Shown one piece after another: positions 59,700-64,000 of a stretch of DNA of 64,000 nt. The stretch spans positions 364,811 to 428,810 of the forward strand of contig JBFWWG010000002.1 in NCBI GenBank assembly GCA_050246315.1, written 5' to 3'. Positions within the stretch are counted from its first letter, which is position 1, and the number at the start of each line of letters is the position of its first letter. The DNA comes from Nitrospiraceae bacterium (GTDB taxonomy: Bacteria > Nitrospirota > Nitrospiria > Nitrospirales > Nitrospiraceae). The notes beneath the pieces are model-generated. The model did no database searches. It was not told where the DNA came from and saw only the letters and a program-made list of their open reading frames with translations. Position numbers and translations under genes: made by a program.

Positions 59700-60838
59700 C
59701 CACCAGCCGCCTCCTTCCCCTCCTTATCAGCCTCCTCCTCGCGGGATGTGCAGAACTTGTCCCTGAGGATGCAGGCCCTCCCCATACCCGCACGTTCGAG
59801 CTCGACCGCTATCCCACCGGCCACGTTCGGATCAGCACAGAAGTGCACCCAGATCATCTGGGCTGGACGCTCGCCATCGAACAAGCGACAGCCGTCACCA
59901 TCGCCATCCAGGAAGAAACGCCACAGCAGTACCGCCGCTACGTTTTTTCGCCCCTCTCGATCGTTCCCGGACTTTTCCAATGTCCCTACGGCTTGATCAA
60001 GTACGCGCTCACGCTCGGCTACGCTTCGGACGAGCCGATGCGCTACGGCTGCTGGAGGCTCATCATGAAAGAACCCCTTCAGGGATCCATTTCTCTGCCC
60101 AGCAACATTCACCGCTCCCTCGAGCTTACGGAGCGATGGGAACCGGTTAAGGGAGGATCGATAGACGTGAAATGGGAAGGGCAGACAGATCTACTCGCGA
60201 CCTATGCGATCTCCGTCGAGGTACCAGTCCTTCGACTGGCACATCTCGTGCGGAACGATCAGGGGCGGCCTATATCAGAGGAAGCGCAAGCAGGCAGATT
60301 GGAAGTGAACTATAGGCAGGGACCACATACCGCCACAACGATGCTCGACGTCTCACGGAAACAGTTCACCAAAGCTTCCAAGTCCGCGACCCAATCCATT
60401 GCGGCCGAGCGCTGGCCTCATCCGCTCGTCGTTCAGGTCGGTACGCTGCAAGGCCTGCCTCCTGTCCTCGAAGAAGTCATCAAGGCAGCTCTTGCCAGAA
60501 ACTTCTTGCAGGCACAGATCTGTTTCGTCGCTGATGATCCCACGAAGGCGAGAATCACTGAAGAACAACGTTTCCAACTTAGCGGCCGGGTCCATGACAG
60601 CAAACAAGTCGCGCTCGGCCAATGGATCCCGGCCACCGTTCTGATCACTGGCAGTCTCGACACCACCCAGACCGCACCCGAAGTCGTCCTGCAAGTATCG
60701 ACGGTCCCTTCGGCAGAAGTCCTTGGAACGATCCGCCTGCCAGTCACTCCCACGACCGCATTCCCTATGGCATCAATACTCTCCGAGGACCTGCGGCTCC
60801 TCACCGCCCATGCCCCGAAAACGCCTTGCAGAAACTGA
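59696..60838 (+). CDS. Lipoprotein with a CsgG-like C-terminal domain (paralog 2)
   Basis: LAGC lipobox; EEQRFQLSG..LGQWIPATVLITGSL..SAEVL; ATGA overlap with paralog 1. Confidence 0.65.
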   Translation: MTTSRLLPLLISLLLAGCAELVPEDAGPPHTRTFELDRYPTGHVRISTEVHPDHLGWTLAIEQATAVTIAIQEETPQQYRRYVFSPLSIVPGLFQCPYGLIKYALTLGYASDEPMRYGCWRLIMKEPLQGSISLPSNIHRSLELTERWEPVKGGSIDVKWEGQTDLLATYAISVEVPVLRLAHLVRNDQGRPISEEAQAGRLEVNYRQGPHTATTMLDVSRKQFTKASKSATQSIAAERWPHPLVVQVGTLQGLPPVLEEVIKAALARNFLQAQICFVADDPTKARITEEQRFQLSGRVHDSKQVALGQWIPATVLITGSLDTTQTAPEVVLQVSTVPSAEVLGTIRLPVTPTTAFPMASILSEDLRLLTAHAPKTPCRN

Positions 60839-60876
60839 GAATCCTTCCCATGACTTAGCCATGGAAAATCGTGTGT

Positions 60877-60948
60877 ATCTAACGTTGCCGTAAGTGGCTG
60901 GGGTGCAAGCAGGCGAGCCCCCCGGTCCGCTGTAGCAGGAAGTCCGTG
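60877..60948 (-). repeat. Degenerate terminal attC site
   Basis: ATCTAAC..AGTGGCTGGGG/CCCCGGTCCGCT..GTCCGTG on the + strand; one core has decayed. Confidence 0.55.
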
Positions 60949-60952
60949 GGCA

Positions 60953-61297
60953 TCACGACTGCCACATAGGCAGACCGAGCCTACAAAAGAGTGACTTCAC
61001 GTGCGCCTTGATCGCACACTTGGCAGTGTGCACCAGAAAGAAGCCACGCCCGATGAAGGCGTTTACGGTCGGGCATGGTCTGCCCAACTGCCTAAGGACG
61101 TCAAATAGGCCGCGGCGCAAGTTATCAGACGGATCCGTGTAGAAGTGACGACCGTTCTCTGGTGGCGCGACACCAACGAACAGAACACGAACGGGATCTG
61201 GTGACTCGATGCCCAGTGGGTACAAGGGGCCAGGCGGACATTCGACGTCGACTCCAGGGAGGACTGCGCCGCAGCGGGCACAGCTTATCACGTCCAT
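60953..61297 (-). pseudogene. Cassette: truncated uracil-DNA-glycosylase-like gene
   Basis: VLFVGVAPP..HFY and HTAKC motifs, but only 114 aa with the C-terminal half of the fold missing. Confidence 0.5.
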
Positions 61298-61353
61298 CTG
61301 AATCTGCGCTCAGCAATCCCTCACTGCTCCCACCTGACCCGGCCCTGTTGTGT

Positions 61354-61411
61354 GCCGAACGCGCAGGATTACCCGCGGCCGTAGGCCGTCGGGTGAATCC
61401 TGTAGTTAGCA
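61354..61411 (-). repeat. attC site (58 bp)
   Basis: GCCGAAC..GGATTACCCG/CGGGTGAATCC..GTTAGCA. Confidence 0.85.
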
Positions 61412-61437
61412 AGCCGTCCGGTGTTCGTGCGCATCTG

Positions 61438-62016
61438 TCACGGCAGGTCCTGAACTCGGACCGAGAAATCCATGCTGATGCCGTCGAGGCAATCGCCGAT
61501 TAACGCGACCGTTGCGCCGAGTGCCTTGAGACCAATAACCAGGTGGTCAAAGATGGGGCGCCCGTTGCGATCACGGCCGTAGCGAAAGCTCTCCGAGTTT
61601 GGATCGAGCTGGCAGAGATCGTTGACGCACTCTGCGATTGTGACGAATTGCGCGGGCAACGAAGCTCCGTAGAGCGAGCCGCACAGCTGATGGACCTCCG
61701 TCCAGAGTCGGTCAAGATCGTGTCCGTGTCGCCATTCGGCTCGTTGACCCGATAGCACCAGCCCGTAGACGATGATGTCCTTGAAGCGCAGTTCAAGATA
61801 GTGCCGAAAGAGGAAGAGTATCGGAAGTACGACACTGTCTCGTTCGCCTGCGGTTCCCTCCGGGTCCGCTAGCAATCGCCGGAGCAGTATTTCTGCCGCC
61901 TGCCGATACCCGGCTGCGTGAAAGTCGCCGACCCCTGTCCAGTGGTCGAGCACCGCATTGAACCTGATATCATGATCCGCGGTCAGAACTCGAAGTGGAT
62001 TCGAACTCGCCATCAC
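61438..62016 (-). CDS. Cassette: HEPN-like hypothetical protein
   Basis: PILFLFRHYLELRFK, HGHDL..LW and DPNSESFRY motifs. Confidence 0.65.
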   Translation of the reverse strand: MMASSNPLRVLTADHDIRFNAVLDHWTGVGDFHAAGYRQAAEILLRRLLADPEGTAGERDSVVLPILFLFRHYLELRFKDIIVYGLVLSGQRAEWRHGHDLDRLWTEVHQLCGSLYGASLPAQFVTIAECVNDLCQLDPNSESFRYGRDRNGRPIFDHLVIGLKALGATVALIGDCLDGISMDFSVRVQDLP

Positions 62017-62060
62017 CTACCACCCAGAAGCGCGGTCATCCTGGCACAGATGTTCTGTCT

Positions 62061-62126
62061 TGCTAACGAACGAGGTAACCGGCTCGGCCGCTTGCTGCCG
62101 AGTCCGAGTTGAGCGATTGGTTAGGC
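62061..62126 (-). repeat. attC site (66 bp)
   Basis: TGCTAAC..CGGCTCGGC/GCCGAGTCCG..GTTAGGC. Confidence 0.85.
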
Positions 62127-62142
62127 AACGCGGGCACCTGTG

Positions 62143-62607
62143 TTAAGACATGAACAACGAATCGACTGCCAATAGTAATTGGTGCGCATTGTCGGCTTCA
62201 TCTTGTGCTGTCTTGATCTCACCGGTATCGAAGTGAGCCTTTTCATGCATCAACTCCTTTCGGCATTTCCGAAATTTCTCAGCAGCATCAAGAACCCTCT
62301 GATCTGAGCAACCAAGTAAACGCATTTTGTCTGCATAAGATTTGAAATCGAATTCCTTGAATTTCTCTATCCCGTGATCGCGAACAATCAAAAGATGAAG
62401 CAGTGCTTCAAGCCACATCCCTGTGAATACGATGGCGATCATGGCCTTCTTGAAGCTCCTTCGCTCTGGATCAAAGGTGATAATCCAGCCCGGGCTTCCA
62501 TCATCCTTCGGTCTTCGTCCGGAGTTGATGTGTTCATGCATTTCCTTGTGTGCATCAAGTGCAATGGCTTTGTAAGTGGCAACATTGGTGATGACGAATT
62601 TGTTCAT
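62143..62607 (-). CDS. Cassette: HEPN-like protein
   Basis: WLEALL helix and RxxxxH motif (RKELMH). Confidence 0.65.
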   Translation of the reverse strand: MNKFVITNVATYKAIALDAHKEMHEHINSGRRPKDDGSPGWIITFDPERRSFKKAMIAIVFTGMWLEALLHLLIVRDHGIEKFKEFDFKSYADKMRLLGCSDQRVLDAAEKFRKCRKELMHEKAHFDTGEIKTAQDEADNAHQLLLAVDSLFMS

Positions 62608-62613
62608 GGCGTT

Positions 62614-62688
62614 GTCTAACGTCGGCGTCGAGCGGCGCCGTGAAGCGCGCGGCGCTGAACCGCGTCCGTCTCGAACGCGGGGTTAGGC
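62614..62688 (-). repeat. attC site (75 bp)
   Basis: GTCTAAC..GTCGAGCGGCGC/GCGTCCGTCTCGAAC..GTTAGGC. Confidence 0.88.
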
Positions 62689-62692
62689 GGCA

Positions 62693-63292
62693 TCATTTGT
62701 CGACGCGGAGGTTCTTCTCAAGCAGGTTGAGCAACTCCTCCAGTGGCGCACCATATTCTTTTTCCACTAGCATCTGAAGATTAGCGACGGCCTGCTCTTT
62801 CCACGCCGCAACTGCTGTTGGGTCATTCGGTCGTGATGGCGAAGCAATCTTCGGCGATTTGAAGTGGTATATGGCTTGGGTAAGCCGATCCAGTTCTGGC
62901 GAGGGCGAAAAAACTGCCCTCGCGAGGCCGATGGATTCATAGAGCGACTGGCGGGTGCGCGCAACTTCCAGGGCAAGATCCTCGCTCTTGTGCATCCACC
63001 GCGTAGCTTCGGTGAAATCGATGGACTCTTTTGGCCGGCCTGCGATTTTCCACAAGTACTCGTGGTAGTCGGAGTGGATGTACGCCTCAAAGCGAGAAAC
63101 GAGTAGTTGCATAAGCAAGACTCTCTTGCCCATGATCTCAGCGTATGCGCGCTGCCGGTCCTGCTGCTGCGCCAGTTTGACCTGATTACGCAACGCAAAA
63201 TGCGACGTAGTGAATGAGCCCACAATCGCCCCAATGATTGCGAAAACTCCCGCAATCAGAGCGACGTAGAGAGGTAAGAACTTAGTATCCAC
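62693..63292 (-). CDS. Cassette: membrane-anchored hypothetical protein
   Basis: N-terminal TM helix followed by a helical domain; fills the space between two attC sites. Confidence 0.7.
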   Translation of the reverse strand: MDTKFLPLYVALIAGVFAIIGAIVGSFTTSHFALRNQVKLAQQQDRQRAYAEIMGKRVLLMQLLVSRFEAYIHSDYHEYLWKIAGRPKESIDFTEATRWMHKSEDLALEVARTRQSLYESIGLARAVFSPSPELDRLTQAIYHFKSPKIASPSRPNDPTAVAAWKEQAVANLQMLVEKEYGAPLEELLNLLEKNLRVDK

Positions 63293-63314
63293 TCATCCGC
63301 CCGAGGTTAATGCC

Positions 63315-63410
63315 GCCTAACGCCGCGCTTCACCGGCGCCGAGCGAGCGTGAGCGAGCGAGGGAACAGCCGCCGGAAGGCTGCTGCGTCCGGTGGAAGCG
63401 CCGGTTAGGC
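63315..63410 (-). repeat. attC site (96 bp)
   Basis: GCCTAAC..CTTCACCGG/CCGGTGGAAG..GTTAGGC. Confidence 0.9.
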
Positions 63411-63414
63411 GCAC

Positions 63415-63837
63415 TCATGTTGACGGCCGCTTGGCAACCGAGGAGAGCATCCTTTTAAGTTCGCGGTGGATGACCTTGGCACATTCATCGTACTCCGCGA
63501 GATCGTCACCGTACGGATCATTGATTCGCCACTTCTTCAATCGCTCGCTCGGCAGAGCCGGGAACAGCTCGTGCAGCGTTCTTGCGACCTGGTTGTCCAT
63601 AGTGACGATCAAGTCGAACTCTGCGATGTTCACGCCTCTGACGTCGCGTGGCTTGTGTGCGCGGGCATCGATCCCGTGCTGTCTCAGGGTGTATATAGCG
63701 TTGCTTGAGTCCTCAACTGAACCCGGCTGGACTCCGGCTGATTCTGCATCAATCTGCCCTCGAAACCTCCCGCGCGAGATGTACTCGGCAAGGACACTTC
63801 GGCACGTGTTCCCGGTGCACACAAAGAGAACGCGCAT
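63415..63837 (-). CDS. Cassette: low-molecular-weight phosphatase / ArsC-family protein
   Basis: FVCTGNTCRS P-loop, SAG and WRINDPYG motifs. Confidence 0.88.
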   Translation of the reverse strand: MRVLFVCTGNTCRSVLAEYISRGRFRGQIDAESAGVQPGSVEDSSNAIYTLRQHGIDARAHKPRDVRGVNIAEFDLIVTMDNQVARTLHELFPALPSERLKKWRINDPYGDDLAEYDECAKVIHRELKRMLSSVAKRPST

Positions 63838-63845
63838 TTCAGTGC

Positions 63846-63909
63846 GCCTAATGTTCCGGTTCAGCGGCGGGCCACGCCGCGCACCGCCCGCTGCAACCGG
63901 TTGTTAGGC
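63846..63909 (-). repeat. attC site (64 bp) with a non-canonical ATT core
   Basis: GCCTAAT..GTTCAGCGG/CCGCTGCAAC..GTTAGGC. Confidence 0.85.
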
Positions 63910-64000
63910 GCTTCCCTCAAGAAGCTGGTGCGAGATTCCCTTCGCGACCTCCCAAAAGAGTCGTGCATCGTGGTCGCTAATGTTAACGCCATGGGTCAGT
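63904..64000 (-). CDS. Cassette: 3' end of a gene entering from the right edge
   Basis: Reads LTHGVNISDHDARLFWEVAKGISHQLLEGSA then stop; the TAA lies inside the attC core, as is typical of cassettes. Confidence 0.6.
   Translation of the reverse strand, partial: LTHGVNISDHDARLFWEVAKGISHQLLEGSA

Larger units (their letters stand above)
60877..64000 (-). mobile_element. Integron gene-cassette array (integrase and attI not in the window)
   Basis: Six attC-like palindromes alternate with single minus-strand ORFs, and the core sequences at the two ends of each intact cassette are complementary. Confidence 0.9.

Noticed and set aside
1..64000. Numerous overlapping antisense or alternate-frame ORFs, and a search for integrase, transposase, reverse transcriptase, tRNA or rRNA
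   Set aside because: The shadow ORFs are expected in GC-rich coding DNA and lack motifs. None of the listed elements was recognisable, so the element boundaries and ICE-versus-plasmid status cannot be determined here.

Overview
Interior of a large mobile element (ICE or conjugative plasmid) with no housekeeping, rRNA, tRNA or CRISPR loci and no integrase or attachment site in view. From left to right: (1) 1-27.6 kb is a defence and DNA-damage cargo island: a run of HEPN-like genes, an XRE/LexA-imuB-dnaE2 mutagenesis cassette with a perfect palindromic operator, a complete type III CBASS (Cap6-Cap8-Cap7-CdnD-NucC) with a divergent HTH-IrrE peptidase plus PIN regulator pair, DUF72/RadC, and a minus-strand block of PLD-SNF2 helicase, N6-adenine MTase, KAP NTPase, AlbA_2, an HhH-like protein, GGCT and a thermonuclease. 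(2) 28.5-42.7 kb resembles a conjugative leading region: macrodomain, three tail-less SSBs, two paralogous Zn-ribbon/acidic proteins, SF1 helicase, SLOG and RNase H, with eight co-oriented intergenic G-[GC hairpin]-A(G) motifs. (3) ParM/ParR-like partitioning genes and a SIR2-effector Lamassu-like system. (4) A partial transfer operon (TraN, lytic transglycosylase, HD protein, pilin-like protein) that also encodes its own NusG paralog and a NusA paralog lacking the N-terminal domain. (5) From 60.9 kb to the window edge, an integron cassette array with six attC sites and several HEPN-like cassettes. The best candidates for undescribed biology are the element-encoded NusA+NusG pair and the structure-conserved hairpin motif with its SSB/Zn-ribbon gene cluster. 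All family calls come from recognising motifs by eye; no database searches were run.
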